A DNA stretch of 64,000 nt from the human T2T-CHM13v2.0 reference genome, Homo sapiens. The notes beneath the pieces are model-generated. The model searched no databases. It saw only the letters and a list, made by a program, of their open reading frames with translations, and was not told the origin of the DNA. Below are positions 15,702 to 31,049 of the stretch, one piece after another. Location of the stretch: contig CP068257.2 in the NCBI GenBank assembly GCA_009914755.4, forward strand, positions 39,200,001-39,264,000. The letters run 5' to 3'. The position numbers and the translations under genes are program-made. The stretch's first letter is position 1; each line of letters begins with the position of its first letter.

Positions 15702-15955
15702 TGTGGTGGCTCATGCCTGCAATCTTAGCACATAAAGAGACCCCCATCTCTGCAAAAAAATTAAAAATTAGCTGGGCGTGGTGGTGCAGCACCTGTAGTC
15801 CAGCTACTCAGGAGGCTGAGGTGGAAGGATCACTCGAGCCCAGGAGTTTGAGGCCATGGTGAACTGTGATTGTGCCACTGCATGCCAGCCTAGGCCACAG
15901 AGTCAGTCCATGTCTCAAAAAAAAAAAAAAAAGAAAGAAAAGAAAGAAAGAAAAT
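15702..15955 (+). mobile_element. Alu SINE, older subfamily with an internal deletion in the left arm and an A/GAAA-rich tail
   Basis: gtggcccatgtgtggtggctcatgcctgcaatcttagcac...aaaaattagctgggcgtggtggtgcagcacctgtagtccagctactcaggaggctgaggtggaaggatcactcgagcccaggagtttgaggc... Confidence 0.8.
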
Positions 15956-16577
15956 AAACAGAAAAAGAAGACTAGAAATGTGGAAGTCATCAGCCTCATT
16001 GACAAAAGCAGATTCAATGGAGTGGTGAAGAAGACCCTGATCAGTGTGTGTTCAACAGAGACTGAAAGATGAGAGTGTCAGGTGAGTTGAAACAGCGCTA
16101 ATCGAAGTGTGTACAGACCAGCTGCTTGTTTCTTGTCTACAATGAGACAAGCACAGAAACTGAGAAGTTGCTGCAACATTCAAGGGTGTGATCAGTGGGC
16201 TCCATTCTCAGGAAGGGCGGTACAGGCAACTTTGTGTATCGTTCAACTCATGTGATAAGAAGCATGAGCAACAAGCTGTGTTTGAGGCAAGTACTGTAAG
16301 GACCTCACATCAAGCTGCAACAGATTGGAAAATGAAAAACTGATCTTTCAGCACAGTTAGTTTGAGAAGCACTAGTATACTCAATTCTTTCCAGTAGTTT
16401 TACTATTAAAAAGTATCAGAGGAATTGGATGGAAGAAGGAAGTGGTGACAAGATGGGAGGTGGTGGTTGTTAGTACGTTTTACAGTGGTAGGGATAACAG
16501 AGAGAAAACAGAATGTTGATATGCTGAGCTGGAAGAGGGGGAAGTTGAGGCTGAGATAAAATGCAAGGGCAGGACTG

Positions 16578-16725
16578 ATGCAGTGGCTCACACCTGTATT
16601 TGCAGCACTTTGGGAGGCTGAGGCGGGGGGACTGTTTGAGCCCAGGAGTTCAAGACCAGCCCAGGCAACATAGTGAGACCCTGTTTCTATAAAAATAAAT
16701 AAATAAAAATAAATACAAGGGCAAA
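16578..16725 (+). mobile_element. Free Alu monomer (FLAM/FRAM-like)
   Basis: gcagtggctcacacctgtatttgcagcactttgggaggctgaggcggggggactgtttgagcccaggagttcaagaccagcccaggcaacatagtgagaccctgtttctataaaaataaataaataaaaataaa. Only one Alu arm is present. Confidence 0.7.
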
Positions 16726-17109
16726 GTCTTTAAGCAGATGGGAGATGTGGAATTCTGGACATGAATGGAGGTTTCAGCTTTCAACAGGAGCAAGGCCAGG
16801 GCTTCCATGGTCACAGTAGCGAAGGTCATGTGTATGGGTCTGGTGTGGGACCTGAGATTAAGGTTCCATATTGTGTTGCTGTGAACGGGATAAATTCAGA
16901 AGAGCCTCAAAGGGCTTACCTGCTAGTTCTCCCCCACCCATGAGCTGTCATGGATAAAGTCCCCTAGCCAAATGGCACTCCGCTCATAGGGACCAGGCAC
17001 AGTGCCTGCTTACCCATGAGTAGTGGGCTTCGGTCTCCCGTCAGCCTGTGGAATCAGCCAAATAAGCCAATCACATCCTCCCTCAGGAACCAGGGGACAC
17101 CCCACCCTC

Positions 17110-17406
<297 letters not shown>

Positions 17407-18502
17407 ATCCCTTCTTGTTACTACAAGGTCTGCTTCCCGCAGCCCCTGCTAGTTCACTCTGTATGGCCTGCCCTGTCCTACTCCCCTGGGCTGTGGGAAT
17501 ACTTGAATGCAACACTGCTGTCAATTTTATCTGCCCAGGGTCATGTGTTCAACCACCCCTATAACTGAATCCCCCATCATCAGTGGGGTGAAAGGGAGGC
17601 AATAAAAACAGGAGTGGACGCTGATCACATGAAAAATTGAGTGTGTGGGTGTGTATTGGAGAGCAGGGAATAGTCCAAGTATTCACTTGATTCTTCGGTT
17701 TTCTCAGTAAATCATATGAGGTTATCGACTCAGAGTCTGGGAAAGGAAGGGGAGTTTGAGGTTTGGGGAGGTGAGAAAGGTGTGAAGTAGTCTTCCCACA
17801 GACACAGAAATCAACTAGGGCAGTGAGGTAGATTGAGGGCAGAGCTAAGAGCCCACTCGAGGTTTGTGGTCATGCATAATGAGACCAGTCAGAGCACAGT
17901 GTGTGCAGCGAGAGCTCCTTGGTCAAGTGCAGCTGCTCTGATGCAATGGCAGATAGGCTGGGGCTGTATAATCAGGTATATCACAAAGTCTATAGTCTCT
18001 GAGACATGGGTGAGTAGGTGTGAGCACCTGGTGAAACAGGTCAGAGGAAAAGCAAGTTGGCGTTGGAGTCAGCTGTCAAGAGATAGATCCGTGATGGTAT
18101 CGAGATCACTACAGACAGGTGGTGGTCACCTAGTGTTGTCCGCTGAAATTTGGAGGGTTTAATTTTTAATCCAAATACCATAGAAATGGATATGAAAAGA
18201 TGGGTGACACATGCTGCACGTTGGGAAGTGGGGATGACCAGGTGCTTAGTTGCATGGGAGAGGCCACAAGTGCTTGGCAATGTTTTCGTGACTGAGCCTC
18301 TCATCTCAGGAATGAGCTGAGATTCCAGAAATGCTGGGATGAAAACAAACCAACCCTGAGACTCCCAAATTGTTCTCATATTGCCACATTTTTTCCCACA
18401 TCTTCCTTCAGAAAAGCTTAAGAAAGCCATGTTTGCTATCTGGCTCTTCTTAACTCTCCCCATAACTTACATTTCCAGTTTTCCAGATAAGCATGGCCAT
18501 TT

Positions 18503-18930
18503 GTGTTAGGTCATTCTTGCATTGCTATAAAGAAATACCAGAGACTGGGTAATTTATAAAGAAAGGCGGTTTCATTGGCTCACAGTTCTGCAGGCTTTAC
18601 AGGAAGCCTGGTGCTGGCATCTACTCAGCTTCTAAGAAAGCCTCAAGAAGCTTACACTCATGAAGGAAGGTGAGAGGGGAGTAGGCAGGTCATAGGGTGA
18701 AAGCAGGAACAAGAGAGACAGGGAGTAGGTGGGGGAGGTGCCACACACTTTTAGATGACCAGATCTTAAGAGAACTCCCTATCACGAAGACAGCACCACG
18801 CCATGAAGGTTCCCTCCTAATGGATGGCGCCAAGCCGTGATCCAAACGTCTCCCACCAGGCCCCACCTCCAGCACTGGGAATTACAACTGGACATGAGAT
18901 TTGGGCAGGGAAAAATATCCAAGCTATATC
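18503..18930 (-). mobile_element. THE1/MST-type MaLR solo LTR
   Basis: This is the reverse complement of the THE1/MST consensus. The sequence runs ...gagactgggtaatttataaagaaaggcggtttcattggctcacagttctgcaggct ... ccaccaggccccacctccagcactgggaattacaactggacatgagatttgggcagggaaaaatatccaagctatatca, and its end is the reverse complement of the LTR 5' TGATATGG terminus. Confidence 0.8.
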
Positions 18931-18989
18931 ACCACTCTAAATAGTATGTGCACTCGGAAACCAGCTGACCTATCTGGGGCTCACTCATC

Positions 18990-19255
18990 CAGGAAGACAG
19001 CCTGGAAGTCAAGTGCAGGAGTTCTGGAATTAGACTGCCCGGGTTCAAATCCTGCTTCCACCCCGGCTCAATGTATGCCTTCTCTAGGAAAGGCATTCAC
19101 CTTTGTAAGTCTTGAATTTCCGCAAGTGTAAAGTGGAAATAATACCAACAGGCACCTCAAAGACTTGTTTGTCAATTAAATGGGATGGTAGAAAAAAGCA
19201 CTTAGCACAGTTTCTGGCACACAATAAGAGCTCAATGAATATTAGCAATTACTAT
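18990..19255 (+). mobile_element. MIR SINE
   Basis: A tRNA-derived head is present (ctgcccgggttcaaatcctgcttccaccc). The MIR core and 3' region follow (gcacttagcacagtttctggcacacaataagagctcaatgaatattagcaattactat). Confidence 0.7.
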
Positions 19256-22200
19256 AAACAGGTTCATTCACCACTCCATAAACAGGTGATTCTGTCAGTA
19301 TTACCATAGTATGAAATTCAGGCTGCTTAGGCCATAGACAAGAAGACAAATATCTTTAAATTTCTCTGTAGTCAGACTCTCCATGGGATCCCTGGCCAAG
19401 GTTTGTGAGGTGGCTGATTGGACAGGATGAAGGCAATTGTCACGACAGGGGACCAACCAGTGGACCCAGATGGTGACTTCATTAGAAAAGTATTCCAACC
19501 AGCACCACGCAGTGTGTATCCTGCAGAGGGGCCAACCAGGCAATAAACCGAGTTCCACCACCTTGCAGCCAGCAGCCGAGGGAAGCTCTGAGCTCTGAGA
19601 GAACTGGTCTATTTTCATCACATTTGGACAATGGACACACTCCACAGAAGGCAAATGTCCTTTCTCAGAAGACATATATCACATATGAGTAGCTGGCTTG
19701 AACCTTAACTCAGTGTGAGAGAGTAATAAGAATATCACCATAGTGTGGCACAGGTATGCACACACACAGGCACACACAGGCATAGCTTATTCTTATTTAT
19801 TACAAGAGCTTTCAGTCAGGCTGAAATGTCTAGGCAGTATTTTCTAAACTCTTTAAGACGCATGTCCCATGGACACTTCCGGTAAAATGATTCAGCTTCA
19901 ATAAGATTCAGACGCTTACTAACAAAACTAATTTGGGTGTTTTTTCAGAAAAGCTCAAACTGATACAAAACTCACAATTTCAGCCTCCAATTAGCAATTT
20001 CAAAAATATTTTGATTCTGATATTTTGGCATTGAGAAAATTGGTAGTCAGTTCAGGACAAATGAAATAGAGTGTACTTAAAAACAGATGCATGATTTAAA
20101 TTTGAGAGTTGGGGAAAGATTCTATCCTGTAATATGAATGTAATATAACTGTCATCTGGTCTCCAATTTTACTCTTCCCAACAGAATGCAATCTCATGAA
20201 ATAGTTGCACCTCTGAAGTGGGTAAGAGTTAATTAACCTGTCTCTTACTTATCTAACTTAAGTAAGCGAAATGGCTGACATGGAAAAGTAAATGAATTTT
20301 CCATTTATACACCGATTTTTAAAAACCGATCTTTCACTTTCCCAAAACTACTCTTTAAAGAAAATTTAACATAATCATTTTCAGCTTGAAAACTTCAAAT
20401 GAATGAATGTGGCTTGATTTGGGAGAAGATTTAAAGACTGTGACACCAGACAACCTGGGCTCAAAGTGCTATTCTCAAATCACAGTTGCCACCTGACCAG
20501 GGCCTGATAGTCAACATTTCCAAACCCTGGTTTTGCAATCTGTAAAACTGAAATTAAAAATATCCATTTGACTGAGAATGAACAGAGGTGTAGTCCTCAT
20601 TCTGTCATTCAACAATTGTGTGACCATGAGCACATTGTCTAACCATGCCTTCTTTACGAGGGTCATAATAACAATACTCACATCTAGTAATAAATCATAA
20701 ATTCAAGCTATTGTTTTTATGATCATTACTATTGTAGCTAATAAACATAACGAGTGCGAATCATATGGTCACTCAAGTGTCCACACACTTTAGATGCCCA
20801 ATACATACGAGTTTCCTTTTACCCTCATTCTTTTTTAGGGAAATAATTACAAGGAGGATATCTTTCTTCAAAGCAAACCAAGAGATTTTCATTTCTATGA
20901 AGGAGATTACACAATATTCGAAGGGGTATGTGACAATCTATGCAGATAATTACTCTCTCTATGAGTAATTCTTGTGGCCCAGGGGTTCTTAGGATGCGGG
21001 AAGCTGGAATGGTAATATATGGTATCATCGTGTGACCTGCTCTTGAACGCAAGAGGCTATCGTTTCCAGCCAGATCAAAACACAGGCAAATTCTGATTTA
21101 AAAAACTGCACATATTCTACATGCTCTTATTTCTTGTATCCAGACTACCCCATTAAGCTAATATAAAGGGAGAAAAAGTGATAGGGTGCAAGGAAAAATT
21201 CAATCACTGCTAAGCTCATCAAACTACACAATGAGCCATGGTAATCTGCAGCCTTAGAGAAGAAGCCCATCAATGACAACAACACCATCGATATTTTCTA
21301 CTCACATTCTTTCCTATGCAGTCCCAATTTTCTTACATTAGGAAGCATTTCATCAACATTTTAAGTTAACGAACCTCAAAAAATCACCCAGTCTAAAGTA
21401 CACGGCATGCAAGAGCAAACCTAAACTGTGTTATCAGAAAACAAAACCAGATGATGTCGTGCCTTTTTAAGGAAATATAAACCTAAAATAAACCGAGAAC
21501 ACCCCTCCCGGGGCCATCACATACACAAGAGGCAGAGACTTAGGCAACACTCAGAAGGGAAAGGAAGGCAAACAGCGAAAAGTCTCTCAGAGAAAAAGAT
21601 TTCATGGACTTTGGAGCCACTACAGCTGTCTCTGCACTCTCCTCTTCAAGCGTTTCTCCACATCTAGTATCTTCAAATCATTAGTGCTTTCTAGCTACGG
21701 TTTCAATATTTCCCAGAGGTCTCTCCAGTCCAGCCTTTGCCTGAGAGAACAGGTTACAAAAATATCCCCTCTCCCTTTTACCAGGCAACAAAGAGAATTT
21801 GCAGTGCTTTGAAAACAGAAATCCACATCCACAGGAAAAACAGGCCTCCGCCAGCCGCAGAAAAGGGTGCTTCAGGCACAGGGCAACCAGGCGAGAGAAA
21901 ATGCATTCAGAGCGGTTAGCACACAGGATTAATCACATTATAATTTAATCATCTGATCAAACACTAATTAGCATAATTGCTTGAGGGAGAAATGGCTGGA
22001 GGAACCCAGGAACACCCTGAGCATCCATGTTCTTAATGACAAAAGAGGGAACACAGATTTGGCTTCCCTTTCTTCATAAGAAAAGAAAGAAAATAGCAAA
22101 TAAAGTTAATCAATGACAAGCATCACCAGCTATGGTTTTAGCAGCCAAAGGAATTGCAACTGAGATTCATGACATTTTCCTTCCTCCTCTCTCTCCAGGA

Positions 22201-22607
22201 CCACTCTAAAATCCATGGAAAAAACGCAGTACTGATGTTACGGTAACTAGACTCTGAGCTATTTAAGTCTGTGTTCTCAACCTTGGCACAATGAAGATGT
22301 TGAACTGGATCATTCTTTGTCGTGGGGAGCTGTCCTGTGCATTACAGGGTGTTGAGCATCTTATAGTGAGTGTCCCCTCCAGATGCCAGTAGCAACCCCC
22401 AACCAGATGTGTGACAACCAAAAATGTCTCCAGACATTGCTCACTGTCCTCTGTGGGTGCAAAATTGCCCTCCGTTAAGAACCACTGAAGAACACAGCTT
22501 GTCCGGTGCATACTTCTTTTAAAAGTAACCAAGTCATAAAAATAGGGGAGGAGTCTTTTTATTTCCATTTGCCAAAAAATAATGAGCCTAAAATAATAGT
22601 TGCCCAG

Positions 22608-23029
<422 letters not shown>

Positions 23030-26000
23030 TCAAAGACCTTTAGGGAGACACTTCCAGGAGCACCTTTGAATAGGGACACTCACAGGCTCAGAGAACTCCA
23101 ACCCTTGCTTCTAGACTTCAGTGTGCCCTGAGCAGGCAAGAGGTCACAGCAATGTCTTCCACCTACCCAGGAGAGAGCAAACCACCAGTGACTTTGAAAA
23201 TGAATAAACCCAGAGAAGGCCTCCAGACCCCCCAGGAAAATACAGCTTTCTCCCTCCACTCTCACTGAGCACATGTAAGCTCTAATATTTGCTCCCAGTT
23301 TCTAAAGAGGGAGAGAGAAAGGTGAACAAGATGGAGAGAGGTGAAATGCCGACTGCTCCTCCATTTCTTGCAAATGTATCTCCACCACAATCGACTCATT
23401 GCATAAACTTAACCTGCCTTGGCCACCAGTCAGGCTGGACCTAACAATATTCACTCTTATCAAGAGATGCTAGAGACCCCAGGGAAAAATACTCAACACT
23501 TATTGCTGCAGGAAAGAAATATTTTCTATGGGTTAAGGTGATTTGTTCTAATAATAATACTGAGTCACATTATCTCTCATTTTTATTTTTTTTATGAAGA
23601 AAGTGTTTCACCATTTACAATTACTCATGAGTCTAACACAGGTTATTAAATCTGATGATGGAAATATTTATGCCCTTTCCGTGGCAGAAAGATGGGAAAA
23701 GATTGACCTACTCTACTACAAAATTTAAAAGAGAACAGTCTGTGCTATACCATGTAGGTTGTGAAAACTCCAAATCAGAGAGGAACTGTGAGCTATTTTA
23801 AACTGAAATCTTCTTCTGCAATTCCCCTGTCAGAGCTTGTGACTTCTTAATATAATGCCCCCACCCCCTTTTAAAGGAACATGAGTATAGGAAACTATTA
23901 TTGTAAAGAGACAGTCTACCCTAATTCCTGTAGTGATGAGTAAGCAGAATTCACATTTATTCAGCCTACAATGGCTTTTATACCATTTCCTTCTAAAGCT
24001 AAATTTCAAAACGGCCACTCAAAAAGGTAATTTCTATAGTGAATCACAATAAAATCACCAAAGGATTATAACATCAAACTTGTTTAAGATGCCTAGGAGG
24101 GAAAGTTATTTTTAATATTATCTAAAATAAGATCTCAGGACACAAAAAGGTATTTTTAAGGTTCTGAATTTAGGCCTCTCTCCAGCACACATTTGAGTCT
24201 ATTTTAGTGCCAAAATCAAGGACACGATGTTTTGAAAAAATTAATCTGCCACCAATAACTGCCCTCTATTTTGTCATATATGTAACAAGGTTTAAAATGC
24301 ACATATGCCCTTATATGCCAGCTTCTCTCTTTTTTCTGACAACTTAGGATAATGACATATACTTTGTATGGTAAATACAGTCAACTTGTGATTATTTACC
24401 TAAAAGAAAGCCAAGAAAATCCAACAGAGCAAATGACCCAAAGCCCTTCAGATCTGGCTCTGGAATGAGCTTGTGCCCTGGACAAAGGAATGTGCAGCAT
24501 CCCAAGGCGGCATCAAAGCAAAACCTCTAGCTGCAAACAGATCCACTCTCCTGCCCTGTCTCAGCCCGTTCTAGCTCATCTCTTAAGCTTGTTCAGTAGA
24601 GTTACCCAAATGGTTTCCCACTATGGATCTCTTGCCTGGAGCTTCATGGTTACAGGCAGGTTTCAAAGGGCTTCTCTGCTGGGACTCCAGCTGCTATCGA
24701 AGAAGGGACCAATGTGAGAAATACAATGGAATCAAGACCATAAGCAAAGCACAAGCATTTATAAACCTGAATATCAAATACGCTAACAGGAAGAAAAAAT
24801 GGTGCAAAGAGATAGATATTAATACACACAGATGATTCGTAAGCTGCTAGCATCCACATTGGGAGTGCCTCTGGCAGGATCTACATACCCCTCTACTCAG
24901 AATCTTTCTTGTTACTAAACCCCAGCACCAATTATCCCGAAAGATGCCCAAATTCTTATGGTGGTCAGTGAAGACCTAACCCTGTATACAGACATTCCCA
25001 ATAAATTACTACCCAATACAGAGTTCTCCAACAGTTCATCGAGATGTACTTGGAACTTTACTGGATCAACTTCCTAGCTACTGTTTGGGTAGCTTCTTTG
25101 CAAGTGTGTGTTTTGCAAAGGTGAATTATGGTTCATGTGGATCAGAACAGGCAAAGGCATGCGTTAATAATGCAAATTCACAGGTCGTGCATACACCAAG
25201 GCTACAGAATCAGACTCTCTGGTATCAGAGCTGGAAGACGACATAACAAACATGGAAACCATAACTTGGGAGACCCCAGTGGTGGTGGGAAAAACAAGAC
25301 AAAGTCACATGGGATTAGAAACACCTGGGGAGCTTTCCAAACTACAGCCCATTCCCCACAACGCTGGCATCAGAATTTCCAACAGGAGGCTAATGAGAGG
25401 AAATGCATCTCAGGAAACTTCCATATCTCCTTTCTCTGTTCTCCCTGACCCAGAACACCGGGGTGTTGAGAACCAGTGTCCTCGATCCTTACCTGGGAAG
25501 GCCCACATAGAAGGATACTAACTAATGTTCAGCTTGAAGTGTCAACAGACTGTGGTCTACCTCTTATCCTGATGTAAGGGTGGAGGGGATGTGTGGCTAT
25601 GGGGCTGGCACAGCCTCTTCCTCCATATTCAGTGTTCCCATGAACATTTGCCTCCGCTGCCTCCAAGCATCTAATCCCACAGAAGCCTACAGCATATTCT
25701 ATATTCTTACTCTCCCATCCTCAGCAATGGGGCGGTAGAGGTATGGGGGAGAGTGTGGGGCCCCTCGTGCCTGTGATTAATAAAGGCTGATGATGTGAGA
25801 TCCCCCAAGACACAAATAAACCAACCACTGATGAGAGTTCCTTGCCCAAAACAAATACCTAGATCACCTCGAGGTCCACATTTTTCTACCCAGATTTCTA
25901 TACAAATATTCAATGAAGCCTATTCTAAAACAGTAGCCACCAAGGATTTAATAGCTATTGATTTGGGTGAGTCATAACAGACACATCTGGTAATTAACCA

Positions 26001-27419
26001 TCCTACCCACATTCTGCTGTCACGTTAAGGACCCGGATAGAGGTTGCTAACTTGGGCTGCCAACTTAAACAACTTGTGAAAGGAGGATTCTGTCTGTTAG
26101 ACAGCATTCCACATTTCTTGTGCATTTCCTTTTCACTAGCCAACGAAATAGACAAGTGACTAGCCTTTGCAGGAACTGACAAGAACTAGATCCGGCAGGA
26201 GTGATAAAGTAGTCATGGTTCCCGTTTTGCTGGTAGAGGCCATTGTTGTCATTGTTGGGTGTCTTCAGCTCATTCCTAAAGTCTCACAGGTAATATTCCA
26301 AAGCATTGTTATTTCTACCCTGCAAGCTACATATCAGTTATTAAAAATGCTCTACAGCCGAGATTAAAAAATAAACATGGCAATTAAGCAGACTGGGACT
26401 TGGATTTTCTGTATCTCTATGGAACCCAAGATCAAATCACACCACAGCGGGGCTAACTGTGAAAAGAATTGAATCTTGAGTTTCTCTCGTGAGAAAGTAT
26501 ATTTCCTTAAAGTAATAAGTTTCCTTATTATATAGGAAATATAGCTGTCTTTTGTATTTAAAAAAATAAATTAAATTAAAATATACATAGAATTGCAGCA
26601 GTTCTAATTATCTTTCTACTTGTCTTTCTCTTATGATACAATCACAGAAATGTTCCCATCATCCAGCAGTTCATGCTTATGAGAAGAATCAATGCTTTAC
26701 TCAATATTAGGAAGATTAATCAATGGTAAGAGAGTCCACTGCAATCACCCACCTGAAGTGGCATGGATGGCTCTTCAGTATACGGCATGGGCTACCTCCC
26801 AACAGCCCCCCTCAGCCCCTGTGACCCATTCACGCTGGTCCTAACACCAGCTTCTACCTGATCATTGTGGTGACTCCATGATAATGCTGAAGCCACTTTG
26901 GGACCCTCAGGTCATCAAGGTCAACACTGGGAGTGGTATCACCATACTGCTGTTTTGCAGAAGCATCCAATAATGAGAAAGTTGGGATATTTAGAAAGAA
27001 CTATAAGCTGGCTTTTACTGTTTTATTTTCAGTGTGAAAAAAGTGTAAATTTTATGTAAAACCAGACTTAAAACTGTTTCCTGTTTCTTCATTTTAATAC
27101 TAAAAGAGTCAAGGCTTGTATGAATCAAAATCAGTAATTAAATAGTTCAAATTTCTTTCCATCACCTTATCAAAATGCCAATTTCATAGTCTGGAGAGAC
27201 TAGCGACAAAATGATCCATTTTATAGATGGTTCTTTATAAGACAAAAGGCAAACACTTTCCACAGCATCATCTTCTAGGGCAGGTCTGATTTTGTCCAGA
27301 TTTCCAACCTGTAAATCAGCAGTATTTGCATAAAAATTCAACGATTCTACTATTAATAAAACCCAAAGCCCACTTGGAACCAGGAAAACCAGAATGCTAT
27401 AAGTAACAAATACAGGCCT

Positions 27420-27600
27420 AGAAAGGAAAACTATTTCATTTCTTTTTTTATGCTAAATTGTATATACTTAAGGAACCTGGGGGACATTAGCTAAGTGATA
27501 TATGCCAGACACACACATACAAAATCCATGATCTCACTTATATATGGAATCTTATAAAGACTATTTCATTTATAAGAGCATGTGGCATTCTTTTTCCCTT
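27420..27600 (+). mobile_element. Short fragment resembling an ancient L1M 3' end
   Basis: acacacatacaaaatccatgatctcacttatatatggaatcttataaag resembles the L1M 3'UTR motif ...tgattccacttatatgaggtacctagagtag. The assignment is weak. Confidence 0.3.
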
Positions 27601-29889
27601 GTCCAATAACATTTGTGTCAATCACAAAGCCTGGGGTGATATTGTCTGCCCGACACAGACTGACAAATAAGGACTTCATATATTGCAATTTAAAACCCCA
27701 GAGTTTGAGAACAGGTTAACATGGAGGGACTTGTGATAATCACAGGATCCTAAATTTGAACTCTTCTCTCAGTAATTGCTTTATTACTGAGATGTATGCA
27801 GATTTCACCCTCCTACTATTCTGCCGTGAAACATCTTTAAGAAAGGCAAGGCTTATTGCAGAATAAATATTTGTAGCAGTGCTGCAAGTTCAATGTCCTC
27901 CCTTCACCTCCAGTCTTTTGTTCAGACCTACTCAAGCTGTTTCCAGATAATATATATATTGCCTTCTCATCCCCAGCTTCCCAAGCCTAACATAGACTTA
28001 AAGACTGAGAGCACTTCTAGAATATTCTGCAGAGAGTCCAAAGAGATTTCATAATATTTCTGCAAGGGTTGGTATGCTTTTTTTTTTGTTTTTTTCTCCT
28101 ACAAAATGCTGTACAGAGCTGGGACGTTAGGGGAAGCTAGCATTTAGTATGGAGGTGATCTCTTGCATTTTCAATTCTTTCTTTCACTGTCTTTGCGGCT
28201 GCACTTAAAAACAGCTTTCTATAAATAGGACTGCTTGCTCACTCTTAAATCTTACTCACTGTCTTCTCAGTAAAAAAAATAACTAGGGATACAGGCAAGA
28301 TTCATTAATCCCTGTCATTCTAACTCTCTGTGTAGTAGCCTCTTTCCTTCTTCATATCTTGACATATATCTTCTCAATCCCATTCATCCCTCTCTGTTAA
28401 ACCATAATATGTATTTACATAATCCAGGGGGCTTCAAGATCAAAAATTAATCCAGTTGCATGATTTTTAAAAAATCAGCGTTGATCACATAGAACAAATA
28501 GAGATGTCCAAAAATCAAAAGCTGATAAATATTGTAAGCTATAAGACACTTAATTTGATTTTTATATTTGGACAAAAATCAACTTTAACAATGATTAAGA
28601 TATCCTTTCATGTTACTTTGATGAAGATAGCAACTGTCATATTTGAATCTGCAAAATAAGAAATAAAGATAATGACAAAAAACCCATAAATCCATAGGAT
28701 GCTGAAGAAAACAGTAGTATGACTTTTTAAAGATGAATTAAGGCCTGAGAAAGTAAGCTTTGTTTTGATGTCCTGGGTGGCTCTTTGATGAAGAAATGAA
28801 TTCCCAAGAGCTGGGGGTGGCGGAGTGGGCGGGGAACCTAAATGTCGGTTTGATGTTTCTGGCTGGCTTTCAAAATGCGACAGGGCAATAAACACTGTAT
28901 AGGAATTTTAAATCATGCCATTTAGCAGCGTACACTTGAGAACAAGGGGTCCAGCACATGGATGAAATTATTGTCTGTGACACTTGACCCACTGCACGGC
29001 AGGAAGAGCACCTAAAGCAATTACATAGCTGTTGTGCAACAGTGATGAAGTCCCATCAGATACTCGAAATATGAATCTCTTTTTGAAAAGAGAAGAAAAT
29101 GCCCCAAGCCACAGGCGTTTCTGGAAAATAAACATTTCTACCGTGATTGAGTCACTACGACAGAAAAAGGTGGGTAGAGCAAAAGAGTCCAGTGGTTTAG
29201 TCAGAATGCAAGATAGGGACCAGGAGAGCAAGTCCAGGAAAGCAAACTAAGAGGGGGAGCCAATCAGCTAGAGGCAGAAGAGAGAGGTGGACGGGAGGGA
29301 GGAAGGTGGACAGGAGTTAAGGAGGGGAGAAAGGCTCTGCCTATCACTTTTTCCTTTCACTCCGTAAGGAACATCATCTATTTCCACTACTCCATACCAT
29401 GTGCTCTGCTCTGTGCTAAGGACACGCTCAGGCTTCGCACGCATTTCAGACTATGGAGGCTCCTGTCTAGCTAGTGAGAGAGGCAGTCACTAGCCAAATC
29501 AGCATCACCTAAATGCAGGCGTAACGATTACCACAGACTCCATCAAGGAAACAGCCAAGATTTTTAGAAAAAGGATAATATGGAGGGAACTGATTTTCAG
29601 GAGCAGATCTCTGAAACCCAACCCTTCTGAACGTCCTGGTCAGAAGCTGTCTGACCTCTGAACCAAAATCCTGTCCCTGCTTCCCTCCTGCCACCTTGAC
29701 AGACCTTGCGTCACCTGCAGAAAACATCCGTGTGCTCCACCCTTTGAATTCAGAACGACATAGTGGATACTCCGTGGGGCTGCTGGAATCTTCCATTCCC
29801 ACTGCCTTATCTTAACCCATAGATTCGGCAAGGGAAATGCAACTTTGAATTTTCTGGCATTTTCACAACATTGAAGAAAAGAACATAAA

Positions 29890-30780
29890 TATAGTTGGGG
29901 GGAGGGGCGCGGAGAGATAAGATGAGCATTTTTGTGCCCAGGTCTTTGGAACTTGAAGAGTTAACCCCCCAGTCCAGGGGAACAGGTGTTTTCCAGTGGG
30001 CCTGGGGGAGAGGGAAGGGGGCTCCCGGTCCCGGAGCCTTGCCTGCGGAGATTGATGGACTGCGGAGGAGCGGGCACGTCAGCATCACCCCTGTCACCAT
30101 CAGCAGGAGAAGCGGCGGCTCCTGGAATGACATTGGAAGGTCAGCCAATCAGGCGCGGAGCTGCTCCCGGAGCTGCCACCTCCGAGGCGCGCGCCACGCC
30201 GGGGTTCCCTCGCGGCTTTGGAAAGGGGGTGCAAATGCACCCTTCTGCGGGCCCGCTACCCGCTGCAACACCTGTGTTTCCTTTCTGGGCACCTTCTAGG
30301 TTTCTAGATATTGCTGTGAATACGGTCCTCCGCTGTACAGTTGAAAACAAAGGCTGCTGGACCTCGCCTGACCTGCGGTTGCCTTTGCCCGGTTCCTGTT
30401 AGACGAACTCTACGACGCCGGAGTTTGGGCGCAGTGAACTTGAGAGATCGTGGGGGAGGCGTCTTCAGAAGAAAGCCCCTGACCATCTGCATGGAGCAGT
30501 CCTCCCTCGGTGGCGGCTGGGTTTGCTGGCTCTGCTGAAGGCTGGCTGCAAGAGTCTTGTGAGGTTTGCCGCCCACTAGTGTCCTATGGCGGGGACACAA
30601 TCGGCCTGCAGGTAGCACCACCTCCCTATCTCCCAGGCTGAGGGTGCGGGCACCAAGGCCCAGCGTGCACTTCAGCGCAGCAGCCAAGAAAATGCCCACA
30701 CGCGCTTGTTTGTGTGGGCACACCCCTGGGTGCCTGCCCTGCTCTGGAGAGGTGGGCCACGCATGGAAACCGAGGAAATC
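29890..30780. promoter_or_regulatory. CpG island A, a candidate TATA-less promoter with paired NF-Y (ATTGG / CCAAT) boxes
   Basis: A high CpG-density stretch (for example ctgcggaggagcgggcacgtcagc, gaggcgcgcgccacgccggggttccctcgcggc) contrasts with CpG-depleted flanks. An inverted CCAAT box (gacattggaagg, about 30131) and a forward CCAAT box (tcagccaatcagg, about 30141-30153) lie 10-15 bp apart. A GC box is present at ggggaggggcgcgg (about 29897). Confidence 0.6.
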
Positions 30781-31049
30781 GAAGTGCTCATTTCCGAAAT
30801 ACTATTGAATGCACTGCCTAATGCAAAATACATTCTTTTTCACTACCTATTAATTATTTATGAGCCACATTCATAATCTTACCCGTAGAATTCAGCTAAT
30901 TTTACGAAACCTGGATGCCACATTTTGTAAATGCATCCACTTGATAAACCCATCCTTTTATTTTGCAAACATAAATTTCCAATCTACAGTGTTCACAGGT
31001 CTTTCTTTATAAAATGACCTCTCTCTCTCCCTCTCTCAATCAAGTTTTA

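Noticed and set aside
20420-20640. Possible MIR3-like fragment (ctgggctcaaagtgctattctc ... tgtgtgaccatgagcacattgtctaacc)
   Set aside because: The similarity to the MIR core is too weak to call without an alignment tool.
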